A stretch of 64,000 nt of DNA from Patescibacteria group bacterium (GTDB taxonomy: Bacteria; Patescibacteriota; JABMPQ01; JAQVVF01): NCBI GenBank assembly GCA_041662665.1, contig JBAZSC010000003.1, positions 143,115 to 207,114 of the forward strand. The letters run 5' to 3'. Position numbers and translations under genes: made by a program. The notes under the pieces were generated by a model. The model saw nothing but the letters and a program-made list of their open reading frames with translations. It did not search any database and was not told the DNA's origin. Shown in pieces: positions 9,340-18,901 of this stretch; the first letter of the stretch is position 1; the number at the start of each line of letters is the position of its first letter.

Positions 9340-10158
9340 ATGCCTGAATTACCAGAAGTAGAAACGATTAAAAGACAGCTAGAAAATAAAATAATTGGCA
9401 AGAAGATTAAGGATGTTGAAGTTCGATATGCCAAGTTATTAAATTTGCCAGAAAAAGATTTTATTAAACAAGTTTCTGGAAGTAAAATTGTTGCTTTAAA
9501 AAGAAGAGCAAAACTTTTGATTTGGCAATTATCAAATGATAAAAATTTAGTTTTTCATTTGAAGATGGCTGGACAGGTTATTTGGGCAGGAAAAAATCCA
9601 GAATTAGCAAGATATACTTATGTTATTTTTACTTTGTCAGATTCTAATAAAGTATTTTTTAATGATAAAAGAAAATTTGGTTGGGTGAAATTTTTGAATA
9701 ATCAAGATTTAGAAAAATTATTATTGTCTTATGGTCATGAACCATTAGATAAAAATTTTACTTGGCAAGATTTGAAAGAAATTTTAAATAAGAAAAAAAG
9801 AATTAGAATAAAACCATTGTTAATGGATCAAACTTTATTGGCTGGAGTTGGCAATATTTATGCTCAAGAAGCTTGTTTTTGCGCAGGAATTTTGCCAGAG
9901 CGAAAAGCAGGCGATATAGTTGACGAAGATATTAAAAAGTTGTATGATTGCTTGAAAAAAGTTTTACTTGATTCTATCAAACATCATGGTACTTCAGCTG
10001 ATGCTTATGTAGATGCAATGGGCAATAAGGGCAGTTTTGAAGCAAGATTGAAAGTTTATGGACGTGAAGGCGAGAAATGTTATAGATGCGGTGGAATAGT
10101 AAAAAAGATGAGACTTGGGGGACGAGGAACTTATTTTTGTCCAAAATGCCAAGCGTAG
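9340..10158 (+). CDS. mutM: Formamidopyrimidine-DNA glycosylase
   Basis: MPELPEVET N-terminus, HLKMAG, GVGNIYA, C-terminal C4 zinc finger. Confidence 0.98.
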   Translation: MPELPEVETIKRQLENKIIGKKIKDVEVRYAKLLNLPEKDFIKQVSGSKIVALKRRAKLLIWQLSNDKNLVFHLKMAGQVIWAGKNPELARYTYVIFTLSDSNKVFFNDKRKFGWVKFLNNQDLEKLLLSYGHEPLDKNFTWQDLKEILNKKKRIRIKPLLMDQTLLAGVGNIYAQEACFCAGILPERKAGDIVDEDIKKLYDCLKKVLLDSIKHHGTSADAYVDAMGNKGSFEARLKVYGREGEKCYRCGGIVKKMRLGGRGTYFCPKCQA

Positions 10159-10183
10159 AGACGTAGCATTGCTACGTCTGTAC
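10155..10183. repeat. GTAG-type REP-like palindrome
   Basis: GTAGAGACGTAGCA-T-TGCTACGTCTGTAC; contains the mutM TAG stop. Confidence 0.75.
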
Positions 10184-10200
10184 AAAGATTTTTAAAGTTA

Positions 10201-10234
10201 TCCGCCTTCGTCCTGTGGGACTTCGGCGGACAGG
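10201..10234 (+). repeat. Palindromic element A copy 4
   Basis: TCCGCC TTC GTCC TGTG GGAC TTC GGCGGA CAGG. Confidence 0.9.
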
Positions 10235-10264
10235 TAAAGTTCATAAAGTATTTTTTTGGATATT

Positions 10265-10296
10265 GTTCTTTTGACAACGAGGAGAGGAGGAAAGAA
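10265..10296 (+). promoter_or_regulatory. boxA-like motif plus strong SD (orphan cassette 1)
   Basis: GTTCTTTTGACAAC followed by GAGGAGAGGAGG before ATG 10297. Confidence 0.55.
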
Positions 10297-10488
10297 ATGG
10301 AAAATTGTTCAAAGGGATTTTCGCAAGGGATTTTAAGTGGTAAAGATTATTTTATTTTTGCTGTAGATTTGGTAAAGCTTGTTCCGATTATGGTTGTGGC
10401 TGTACCAATTGTTTTGATGAATGTTGCGCGTGATAGATTGTCTAAAGACAAAAGTAAAAAATCAAGAATCTGTGGAATTGATTGGTAG
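10297..10488 (+). CDS. Small orphan membrane protein
   Basis: Strong SD, one hydrophobic segment. Confidence 0.65.
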   Translation: MENCSKGFSQGILSGKDYFIFAVDLVKLVPIMVVAVPIVLMNVARDRLSKDKSKKSRICGIDW

Positions 10489-10508
10489 CAAAAGAAGGAG
10501 GAAGGAAG

Positions 10509-11072
10509 ATGAGCGACAATGACTACGAAGGAGCTTTTGAGGGCATGTTGCATGGTTCTTTGAGAAGTAGGCTTGAAAATCTCTTTAAGACATTTTGGAA
10601 AGAAATTGTTTATTTGAAGGATACTCGAGGATTGGTTTTAAGTTTTGGAGTGTCGATTGTTGTGATTCTTGTTGTTGTTATTTTGATACCGTTGATAATA
10701 GTAATATGGTTGTATGATAAACTCGCAGCTATCTTTAACAGGTTTTCTGAAAAGAAAACAGATAGCTCTGAGTTTGAAAGAAAAGAAAAGACTGAGGCGA
10801 GAAAGAGGATGTTTGGGGAAGTAATGAAAGTTTTGTTTTTGGTATTGGTACTTGTAGTATTTTTTTTCTTGATTGCAATAAGACAACTTGGTTTTGCTTT
10901 TATCTGTTTGTGTGGAGGTCTCTTCTTTTGGTATATTTGGGAAAAATTTTTTACGGATCATGCAGGTTCGAGTAGTAATGTAACTTGTTGTGAATCTCTT
11001 GATCAGTGTACTTGTGATGGTGGAGAAATGTGTGATGCTTGCAGATATTATTATAATCATATTAATCAATAA
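10509..11072 (+). CDS. Orphan membrane protein with Cys-rich C-terminus
   Basis: AGGAGG SD before ATG 10509; 3 TM segments; tail CC-x5-C-x-C-x5-CxxC. Confidence 0.75.
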   Translation: MSDNDYEGAFEGMLHGSLRSRLENLFKTFWKEIVYLKDTRGLVLSFGVSIVVILVVVILIPLIIVIWLYDKLAAIFNRFSEKKTDSSEFERKEKTEARKRMFGEVMKVLFLVLVLVVFFFLIAIRQLGFAFICLCGGLFFWYIWEKFFTDHAGSSSNVTCCESLDQCTCDGGEMCDACRYYYNHINQ

Positions 11073-11081
11073 TTGATCTTT

Positions 11082-11104
11082 AACTGGTTTTGACCAGTTT
11101 TTTT
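11082..11104 (+). terminator. Intrinsic terminator of cassette 1
   Basis: AACTGGT-tttg-ACCAGTT then T-run. Confidence 0.65.
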
Positions 11105-11146
11105 GTACTAAAAAAACTCTTTGAAAAGAGTTTGGTTAAAAGGGTA

Positions 11147-11530
11147 CTAGGGTAGAGTGGAGCATAGGCCGTAAAGTTCGACGATGGCATCTTGGTTGTC
11201 TTTGGGTGGTTTGATGGAGATGAGTGAATCAGGAATGAGTCCTAGAATATGAAATTTGATTTTGATTTCAAGCGAAGGAGAAAAGGTTTTGGTAATTTCC
11301 GAAGTGCCTTTGGTAATGACAATACAAGGGTCTTTCATGGTTTTGAATAGATAGCTGATGCCGATAATAGTGGCATTCCAGGCGGGCATTTCTTTTTCTC
11401 CAACCTGAACAATTTCATCTCCGAAGAAATCTTCCTCGTCATAACTTGTGAGAAGAACAGGTTCTGCAAAAGCGGAGGAACAAACAGAGAAAATGCACAG
11501 GAAGCAAAGTGCAGAGATGGCCTTTTTCAT
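11147..11530 (-). CDS. Orphan secreted protein (cassette 2)
   Basis: GGAGG SD before ATG 11530; signal peptide MKKAISALCFLCIFSVCSSAFA; hairpin AAACTCT/AGAGTTT at about 11109-11133. Confidence 0.75.
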   Translation of the reverse strand: MKKAISALCFLCIFSVCSSAFAEPVLLTSYDEEDFFGDEIVQVGEKEMPAWNATIIGISYLFKTMKDPCIVITKGTSEITKTFSPSLEIKIKFHILGLIPDSLISIKPPKDNQDAIVELYGLCSTLP

Positions 11531-11560
11531 TGTTGTCCTCCGTGGGTGAAAGCCGACCAT

Positions 11561-11621
11561 ATCATATCATATTGAATGAATTTGTCAAGTTTTTGACAGT
11601 TATTTTATATTATAGTAAACT
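11561..11621. promoter_or_regulatory. Back-to-back divergent sigma70-type promoters
   Basis: Minus strand TTGACA-16-TATGAT; plus strand TTGACA (11593) -17- TAAACT (11616), 6 nt before the prfB ATG. Confidence 0.65.
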
Positions 11622-11627
11622 TGGAAT

Positions 11628-12714
11628 ATGCAGGAATTATTACAAAAATTAGAAAAAATAAAACAGGACATTGCGAAAGTAATGGATCGTCTTTGATATT
11701 GCGGGTAAAATTAGTAAAATAAGTAAAATAAGTAAAGATGTCCAGAGTCCTGATTTTTGGAAAGATACAAAAAAAGCAAAGGCAGTGATGCGTGATTTGG
11801 ATAGTCTAAAGAAAATGGTGGAATTATGGGAGGGCATGTTAGCTGAAACGAATGATTTATTTGATATGTTAGAAATTGCAAAGGATGATGAAATCTTGCA
11901 AAAAGAATTAGAACAGCGTTTTGAAATATTGAACAAAAAATTTGAACAGCACCAATTTGAAATAATGATGGCAGGTGAATATGATTTGAATAATGCAATT
12001 ATGATGATTCATTCAGGAACTGGTGGAACAGAAGCGCAAGATTGGGCAGAAATGTTACTTAGAATGTATTTGAGATATTGTGAAAAAAGAGGCTGGCAAA
12101 CTGAAATTATCGACAAGGTTTTGGGTAGCGAAGCTGGCATAAAAAATGCTACAATAAAGATAACTGGTAATTATGCTTATGGTTATCTAAAAGCTGAAGC
12201 TGGAATTCATAGATTAGTACGGCAATCTCCTTTTGATGCTGATCATGCAAGACATACTTCTTTTGCTTTGGTTGAAGTAATTCCAGAATTATCATCTGAT
12301 ATTAACATACAAATTGATCCAAGCGAATTAAGAATTGATACATATCGATCAAGTGGTGCAGGAGGCCAGAGTGTTAATAAAACAAGCTCTGCAGTTCGAA
12401 TTACACATTTGCCAACAGGAATTGTGGTTGCTTGCCAGAATGAAAGATCACAAGCTCAGAATAGAGAAACAGCAATGAGTATTTTGAAATCAAGACTTTT
12501 TGAGAGAGAATTGAAAAGAAAGAATGAAGAAAAAGCAAAAATTCGAGGCGAACATATTGAAGCAACTTGGAGCAATCAAATCAGGTCTTATGTTTTACAT
12601 CCATACAAAATGGTTAAAGATCATCGAACAGAATATGAGGTTAAAGATGCGGAGGCAGTGTTAAATGGAGATTTAGATGGATTTATTGATGAGTATTTAA
12701 AACGAGAATCATGA
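11628..12714 (+). CDS. prfB: Peptide chain release factor 2 with programmed +1 frameshift at CTT-TGA (11691-11696)
   Basis: 22-codon first ORF ends CTT TGA; +1 frame continues DIAGK...PDFW; SPF motif and GGQ present. Confidence 0.96.
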
Positions 12715-12781
12715 ATTAAGAATTATGAATAATGATCTAATGCTTTGATCATAATTCATTATTCATGATTCATAATTCATT
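12705..12781. repeat. ATGAATT-type heptamer direct plus inverted repeats
   Basis: atgaatt/aagaatt/atgaata then ataattc/attattc/atgattc/ataattc; also at 38839-38868. Confidence 0.75.
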
Positions 12782-12784
12782 TTT

Positions 12785-13462
12785 ATGATTGAATTCAAAC
12801 AAATTAACAAATCTTATTCTGACGGTCTTGTTTTAAGTGATATAAATCTCACAGTCAATGACGGCGAATTTATTACTTTTGTTGGAAGATCTGGCGTTGG
12901 CAAAACGACTATTTTTCGGTTGCTAATTGGTGAAGAAAAACCAGATTCAGGAGAATTAATTGTTAATGGCTGTAATGTCGAAAAATTAAGCAAAAGCAGA
13001 ATTCCATATTATCGCAGAAAATTAGGCGTTGTGTTTCAGGATTTTAAATTGTTATCAAGAAAAACTGTTTATGAAAATGTGGCTTTTACTTTGGTTGTAT
13101 CAGGTGCATCAAATAAAAAAATAAAAGAATTGGTACCACAAGCTATTGGCTTGGTTGGATTGTCAGGAAAAGAAGAACGTTTTCCGCATGAATTGTCAGG
13201 TGGTGAACAACAACGTTGTGCAATTGCAAGAGCTATAGTTCATCAACCAAAAATTTTGATAGCTGATGAGTTGACTGGTGATTTGGATGCAATTTATTCT
13301 TGGGAAATTATGGAAATATTATTAAGAATTAATAAGCTTGGAAATACTGTTTTGATTGCAACTCATGATCGAGATATTGTTAATCGTTTGAATAAAAGAG
13401 TGATTACAATGGAAAATGGCAAGATTGCCAAAGATCAGCGTGTAGGGCACTACATGATCTAA
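12785..13462 (+). CDS. ftsE: Cell division ATP-binding protein FtsE
   Basis: GRSGVGKT, RRKLGVVFQDFKLL, LSGGEQQR; adjacent to ftsX and prfB. Confidence 0.93.
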   Translation: MIEFKQINKSYSDGLVLSDINLTVNDGEFITFVGRSGVGKTTIFRLLIGEEKPDSGELIVNGCNVEKLSKSRIPYYRRKLGVVFQDFKLLSRKTVYENVAFTLVVSGASNKKIKELVPQAIGLVGLSGKEERFPHELSGGEQQRCAIARAIVHQPKILIADELTGDLDAIYSWEIMEILLRINKLGNTVLIATHDRDIVNRLNKRVITMENGKIAKDQRVGHYMI

Positions 13463-13576
13463 TTTCCAATTATCATTTTTCAATTTTCAATAAATAACCA
13501 ATTTTCAATTTTCAGAGCGACGACGTTTTGGAAATTGATCATTGACAATTTATTGTAAATTGGAAATTGTAAATTT
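13461..13576. repeat. CAATTTT-type heptamer direct plus inverted repeats
   Basis: caatttt-like units then aaattgg/aaattgt units; related tract at 50590-50722. Confidence 0.75.
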
Positions 13577-13589
13577 TTATAGATAATTT

Positions 13590-14504
13590 ATGTTAAGATC
13601 TCTATTTCGTGTCATTAAGTTTGGTTTCATGAATTTCTGGCGGAATATCTGGATGTCTTTTGCTACGACTTTGATTATGGTTTTGACTTTATTCTCAATT
13701 AGTCTTTTGATTGTTTTGAATCTTTATGGAAATTTGATTTTGGAAAATATTAAAAATAAAATTGATGTAACTGTCTTTTTTAGTCAGGATGTCAGCAAAG
13801 CGCAAATCGATGAACTGCAAAGTGCTTTGTCGAATATGAGTGATGTTGAAGAAGTAAAATATACATCAAAAGATGAGGCTTTAAAAGAATTTCAAGAAAA
13901 ACATGGCGATAACCCTTTGTTGTTATCTTCAATTACAGAATTAGAAGGCAATCCATTGCGAGATACACTTGTAATTCGAGCTAGAAATTTGGAAAAATAT
14001 AATGATATTAAAATATTTTTGGATAATGAAAAATATCAGCCAATTGTTGAAAAATTTACTTTTGATGATAATAAAGAAATTATCAATAAAGTTTCTTCAA
14101 CATTGAGCATTGCTAAAAAAATAGGTATTGGCGTGAGTGTAATCTTTTGTATTATCGTAGTTTTGGTTATGTTTAATACAATCAGAATGACAATTTATAC
14201 TCAGAAAGATGAGATCAGTATTATGAGACTTGTTGGTGCCACGAACTATTTTATTGAGATTCCTTTTATTATTGAAGGCATGCTTTATGGATTATTTGCG
14301 AGTGTGATTTCAACAATTATTTTGTATCCAATTATTTTGTATACTACTCCAAAGATAAATGAATTTTTTCAACTGGTTAATGTTGATGCTGCTTCTGTAA
14401 TTAACAAAAATTTGTTGATTATCATTGCTGTCCAACTTTTACTTGGAATATTTTTGGGAGTAGTTTCTAGTGCTATTGCTATAAGAAAGTACCTTAAAGT
14501 TTAG
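13590..14504 (+). CDS. ftsX: Cell division permease FtsX
   Basis: NFWRN, SKDEALKEF, NPL, NTIR, EISIMRLVGAT..FI..PF. Confidence 0.93.
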   Translation: MLRSLFRVIKFGFMNFWRNIWMSFATTLIMVLTLFSISLLIVLNLYGNLILENIKNKIDVTVFFSQDVSKAQIDELQSALSNMSDVEEVKYTSKDEALKEFQEKHGDNPLLLSSITELEGNPLRDTLVIRARNLEKYNDIKIFLDNEKYQPIVEKFTFDDNKEIINKVSSTLSIAKKIGIGVSVIFCIIVVLVMFNTIRMTIYTQKDEISIMRLVGATNYFIEIPFIIEGMLYGLFASVISTIILYPIILYTTPKINEFFQLVNVDAASVINKNLLIIIAVQLLLGIFLGVVSSAIAIRKYLKV

Positions 14505-14565
14505 CTTCACTCTAATACCTCTCAAATAGCACTAATAAAATCTCTAATGTTTTTACAATAACAAA

Positions 14566-15435
14566 ATGAGCGTTATTGAAGTTAAAAATTTAAAAAAATA
14601 TTTTGGCAAGACTAAGGCAGTTGATGGTATTAGTTTTGAAGTTAAAAAAGGAGAGATCTTTGGTTTTTTGGGTCCAAATGGTGCAGGCAAGACAACAGCA
14701 ATTCGATGTATGATGGATTTTATAAAACCGACAAGTGGCGAAATTAAAATTTTAGACAGAGATGCCCAAAAAGACTCTGTTTTTTTGAAAGAAAAAATTG
14801 GCTATTTATCAGGAACTGTCAGGCTCTATGATAAATGGACTGGTAAAGAGCATCTTGATTTTATTAAAGAATTAAATGGCAAAAATAATATTGCTAATGA
14901 TTTGATTAAAAGATTAGACTTTGATGTTAAAGTGAAAACAAAAAGTCTGTCATCTGGAAACAGACAAAAGCTTGGAATAATTATGGCAATGTTATGCAAT
15001 CCAGAAGTTTTAATTCTTGATGAGCCATCAATGGCTCTTGATCCTTTGATGCAACATGAAGTTTATCATTTGATTAAAGAAGCATCAGAAAAAGGAACAA
15101 CTGTTTTTATGTCTTCTCATAATTTGGCAGAAGTGCAGAAAATTTGCAGTAGAATTGGAATTATAAAAAATGGCAAGATGGTAGCAATGGAAGATATTTC
15201 GACTTTGCGACAAAAAAGTATGTATACGATGAATATTAATTTTGAAGATAAAATTAATGCTGATGATTTTAAATTAGCTGGAGTTGAGATAATTAAGGCA
15301 TTGCCGAATGAGTTAAGTCTAGGAGTGAAAGGCGATTTGAATCCAATAATCAAAAAAATTGGTAATTATAGAATAAAAGATTTGGATATTGAACCTGCAT
15401 CTCTGGAAGAGATTTTCTTGGAATATTATGGTTAA
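14566..15435 (+). CDS. ABC transporter ATP-binding protein
   Basis: GPNGAGKTT, LSSGNRQK, ILDEP, SSH. Confidence 0.93.
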   Translation: MSVIEVKNLKKYFGKTKAVDGISFEVKKGEIFGFLGPNGAGKTTAIRCMMDFIKPTSGEIKILDRDAQKDSVFLKEKIGYLSGTVRLYDKWTGKEHLDFIKELNGKNNIANDLIKRLDFDVKVKTKSLSSGNRQKLGIIMAMLCNPEVLILDEPSMALDPLMQHEVYHLIKEASEKGTTVFMSSHNLAEVQKICSRIGIIKNGKMVAMEDISTLRQKSMYTMNINFEDKINADDFKLAGVEIIKALPNELSLGVKGDLNPIIKKIGNYRIKDLDIEPASLEEIFLEYYG

Positions 15436-15516
15436 ATTATTTGATTATGTTTAAATAAATATAGATGATTTTATCGCGGAAATACGCGGAAATTACGCGG
15501 AAAACGCAGAAAAAAT

Positions 15517-16332
15517 ATGGTAAAAGAATTTTTCATTTTAGTTTGGCGGACAATTAAAGATCGCAAAATAACGATCATTGTTTATTGTTTGGCAGTAATT
15601 GCATTTTTATGGATGTATGTTGGTTTGTTTCCAGCATTTCGTGATCAGTCAGCAACTTTTAATGAAATGATGAAAAGTTATCCGCAGGATTTCATGAAAG
15701 CTTTTGGAGTGGAAAATATTGATATGAGTTCTTTGGAAAGTTTTTTGGCAATGGAGCAATTTGGAATAATCTGGCCTTTGATGGTTAGTTTTTTGATGAT
15801 TTCTTTGGCTGGAATAATGTTGGCTGGAGAAATAGAAAAGGGAACTTCCGAATTATTATTATCTAGGCCTGTATCTAGGCAACAAATTTTTTGGTCGCGG
15901 TATTTGGTTGGGATTGCTGTTTTGATAGTTTTTGTTTTTTGTTCAGTAATGGCAGTAATTCCTTTTGCGAAAATTTATAAGGTTGATTATCTAATTAATA
16001 ATTTTTGGACAATGTCTATGGCTTGCTTTTTGTTTGGTTGGGCGATTTTCAGCATTGCTTTTATGTTTTCAGCTATTTTTTCAGAGAGAAGCAGAGTTTA
16101 TATGTTGGCAGGTGGCTTGTTAGTTTTGATGTATGTGATAAAAATAATTTCTTCTTTGAAAGAAAGTTTGGAAAATTTGAAATATTTTTCTTTTTTCTAT
16201 TATTATGATGCTAATAGGGCATTGGTGGAGAATATAATTGATGGCAAATCTTGGGTTGTTTTTATGAGTGTTGCTGTTGTTTGTACTGTGATTGGGATGG
16301 TGGTGTTTAGAAAGAGGGATGTGGCGGTGTAG
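15517..16332 (+). CDS. ABC-2 type permease
   Basis: AGEIEKGTSELLLSRPVSR; 6 TM helices; ends FRKRDV. Confidence 0.9.
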   Translation: MVKEFFILVWRTIKDRKITIIVYCLAVIAFLWMYVGLFPAFRDQSATFNEMMKSYPQDFMKAFGVENIDMSSLESFLAMEQFGIIWPLMVSFLMISLAGIMLAGEIEKGTSELLLSRPVSRQQIFWSRYLVGIAVLIVFVFCSVMAVIPFAKIYKVDYLINNFWTMSMACFLFGWAIFSIAFMFSAIFSERSRVYMLAGGLLVLMYVIKIISSLKESLENLKYFSFFYYYDANRALVENIIDGKSWVVFMSVAVVCTVIGMVVFRKRDVAV

Positions 16333-16365
16333 GTGTTTATAATTATTTTAAAATAAAAACTTATT

Positions 16366-17040
16366 ATGAAAAAAATTATATTTATTATATCTTTATTTGT
16401 GTTATTTTTTGGTTTTTATTTTGTTGATGCGAAGAAGCATAAAGTTGTACAAGTGCTTGATGGTAATACAATCAAAGTTAATATTCATGGTAAGATCAAA
16501 TCTGTAAAACTTATTGGTATTGATGCGCCGAAAATTAAAAGTTTTGGAAAATCAGATGAATGTTTTGGTAAAGAAGCATTAAGCTATTTAAAATCTAAAA
16601 TTGAAAATAAGAGAGTAAAGATTTTGAAAGATTCTGATGGGCGTAAGATTGATAATAAAGGATTCCTTTTGCGTTATGTTTATTTGGGTGAAAAAAATAT
16701 TAGTGCAAAAATACTTAAAGATGGTTATGTTTATGTTTATACTGGTTATCATTTTTCTAAAGTTAAAAGATTTAAAAAATTAGAAAAATACGCTCGCAAT
16801 AATGAAAGAGGATTATGGAATATTAGTACATGTGATGGTCAAAGAGAGATACCTGTAAAAGAACCGGTAAAAGTAATTAGTCATATTTATTATACGAGTT
16901 CTTACTATACTGCTAGATATTATTATTGTGATACTGATGATGCATGGAAAGGATTATCGCCGACATATTTAAGATCTTTTAATTCTGTTGAAGAATTATT
17001 GAGAAATTTTCCAGGCAGAATATTACACCAACCTTGTTAA
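16366..17040 (+). CDS. Thermonuclease (SNase)-fold exported protein with degenerate active site
   Basis: DGNTI, KLIGIDAPK, LLRYVY, EKYARNNERGLW. Confidence 0.85.
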   Translation: MKKIIFIISLFVLFFGFYFVDAKKHKVVQVLDGNTIKVNIHGKIKSVKLIGIDAPKIKSFGKSDECFGKEALSYLKSKIENKRVKILKDSDGRKIDNKGFLLRYVYLGEKNISAKILKDGYVYVYTGYHFSKVKRFKKLEKYARNNERGLWNISTCDGQREIPVKEPVKVISHIYYTSSYYTARYYYCDTDDAWKGLSPTYLRSFNSVEELLRNFPGRILHQPC

Positions 17041-17070
17041 AAATATAATTTTCTAAATTAATTTTAAAAA

Positions 17071-18822
17071 ATGGAAAAACAAAAAGACAAGAAAAATTTG
17101 TTGAAATGTTTATTTTCCGGCTTTATTATCATCGGAGTTGTTGTCATAATATTTGGCAATAATAATTTCAACAGATTAAAACCGAATATGGATTCAGCAT
17201 CAAATGAAATCGACGAACAAAGCAAAAAAGATATTTATAATGTTCTTTGGCAGAAAGACATTTCTAAGTGGCCAGAAGGTCTTCCTCAAGAACTAGATGA
17301 AAAAAAATTATCCTCTATTAGTCCAAAAACATTTGGTGAGGAAGTTTTTACTATGCTTCAAGATGTTAAAACAAAAACAATTCCTTTAGTTCAAAGAAAT
17401 CCAAAAGGTTACGATGAATTATCTAAGCTTTCGGAAAATGGATTTAATACAAGAGCAGCCTATACATTGGGAGGATTAATGGGGCCTGATTATTTTAACG
17501 GATATGACGGGATGAAAAGCATTAATAAATTAGAATTTCCTCGAGATTATGGAATGCATGAAAATTTTCAATTTGGATGGAATTTTATGTCCCTTAATCT
17601 CAAAGATCAAAATGGTAATGATATTGATGTACTCATTAATTATTTTACCAGAGCAATATATCCACCTGACATTGCTAAAAAAATGGGCCTCTCGGAAATT
17701 GATAATCAAGTTGTCGAACAAATTGTAGGTGTAGGGTATTCTGATAGAAATTTGCATTTTCAAGCTGCGAATCCGGTAATTTCAGGGAAAACTGGTTTAG
17801 TTGAATTCGGAAGTCAGCCATATGAAATAAAATTTGGAAATAATGAAGTTAAAAGTATTAACAAAGACTCATTTTTGCCATATACCGTCAAAATATATGA
17901 TCCAGAAACTGACCTTAAAATCGATTTAACGTTTGAACAAACAAAACCAATGTTTTTAGAAGGTGATGAAGGCAAAGACCCAAGTATGTATAATCTTGGT
18001 ACATGGTATTATTCAATCCCAAATCTAAAAGTAAGCGGCACAGTTAATTATGCTGGAGATGATAGGAATGTAGAAGGCAAGGGATGGTTTGATAATCAAT
18101 GGACTGCAGGAGTTATGCCTCCAGGATATCCTGATAATTATTATATTCGTGGACTTTCAAACATAGCAACTGTAGCAAAAAACAAAGTATCTCCGGGATG
18201 GGCTTGGGACTGGACAGAAGTTCAGTTTGACAATAATACCGAGATTACCCTTTCCAAAATGCATTCACCGTACGCACAAGACTTAAAAAATCATGGTGAA
18301 ACTCCCCCAGCAAATACGGAAGCGGAAGCTACTGGCAAATTCATTGACACTGATGGCACAGCAACAGATATCAGCGCTAATGTAACAATTAATAAATGGT
18401 TTAAAAGTCCGAATTCTGGCGCATGGTATCCCGATGGTTGGGAAGTTACAGTATCAGAAAAAAATATGACTTTTACTATGACCCCAACTAGCCCTAATCA
18501 ATTATTCACTACTGCCACAGGAGCCGAATTTCGCGAAGGTGGTGTAAAAGTTACCGGCAAAATGGGCGACACTAAACTTGCTGGCTATGGTTTTGGAGAA
18601 GGAACAGCTTATTCAGGACTAGATTATACTTTTTCTAAACAATTTGAAACTCTAGGGGTTGAAGATAGTCCTCAAAATATTGCATTATTTTCTCCATCAG
18701 TTCCAAGTATATGGCTTTTTGTCCAAAGCATTCTTTTATATCTAGTATCTCTCATTTTAATTGCTTGGCTTCTAATTATAATTATTCATGCGATTTCAAA
18801 AAAATTTCATAAGAGAAATTAA
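17071..18822 (+). CDS. AttH/CrtC lipocalin-like domain protein with N- and C-terminal membrane anchors
   Basis: FPRDYGMH..FQFGW, WYYSIP, GKGWFDNQW, WDWTEVQF, YP..W, EGGVKV. Confidence 0.75.
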   Translation: MEKQKDKKNLLKCLFSGFIIIGVVVIIFGNNNFNRLKPNMDSASNEIDEQSKKDIYNVLWQKDISKWPEGLPQELDEKKLSSISPKTFGEEVFTMLQDVKTKTIPLVQRNPKGYDELSKLSENGFNTRAAYTLGGLMGPDYFNGYDGMKSINKLEFPRDYGMHENFQFGWNFMSLNLKDQNGNDIDVLINYFTRAIYPPDIAKKMGLSEIDNQVVEQIVGVGYSDRNLHFQAANPVISGKTGLVEFGSQPYEIKFGNNEVKSINKDSFLPYTVKIYDPETDLKIDLTFEQTKPMFLEGDEGKDPSMYNLGTWYYSIPNLKVSGTVNYAGDDRNVEGKGWFDNQWTAGVMPPGYPDNYYIRGLSNIATVAKNKVSPGWAWDWTEVQFDNNTEITLSKMHSPYAQDLKNHGETPPANTEAEATGKFIDTDGTATDISANVTINKWFKSPNSGAWYPDGWEVTVSEKNMTFTMTPTSPNQLFTTATGAEFREGGVKVTGKMGDTKLAGYGFGEGTAYSGLDYTFSKQFETLGVEDSPQNIALFSPSVPSIWLFVQSILLYLVSLILIAWLLIIIIHAISKKFHKRN

Positions 18823-18901
18823 TAAAAAAATTTTATTGATCTTAGATGATGTTGAAAAATTGGTGTTTTAGTTTTTATTTTGATTTGCCAAAATTATTTT
18901 T

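Noticed and set aside
11711-11737. AGTAAAATA x3 in prfB (ISKISKISK)
   Set aside because: In-frame 9-mer repeat that fits the normal helix length; no sign of functional novelty.
11785-12714. prfB as a 309-aa protein starting at 11785
   Set aside because: The true start is 11628 with a +1 frameshift at CTT-TGA.
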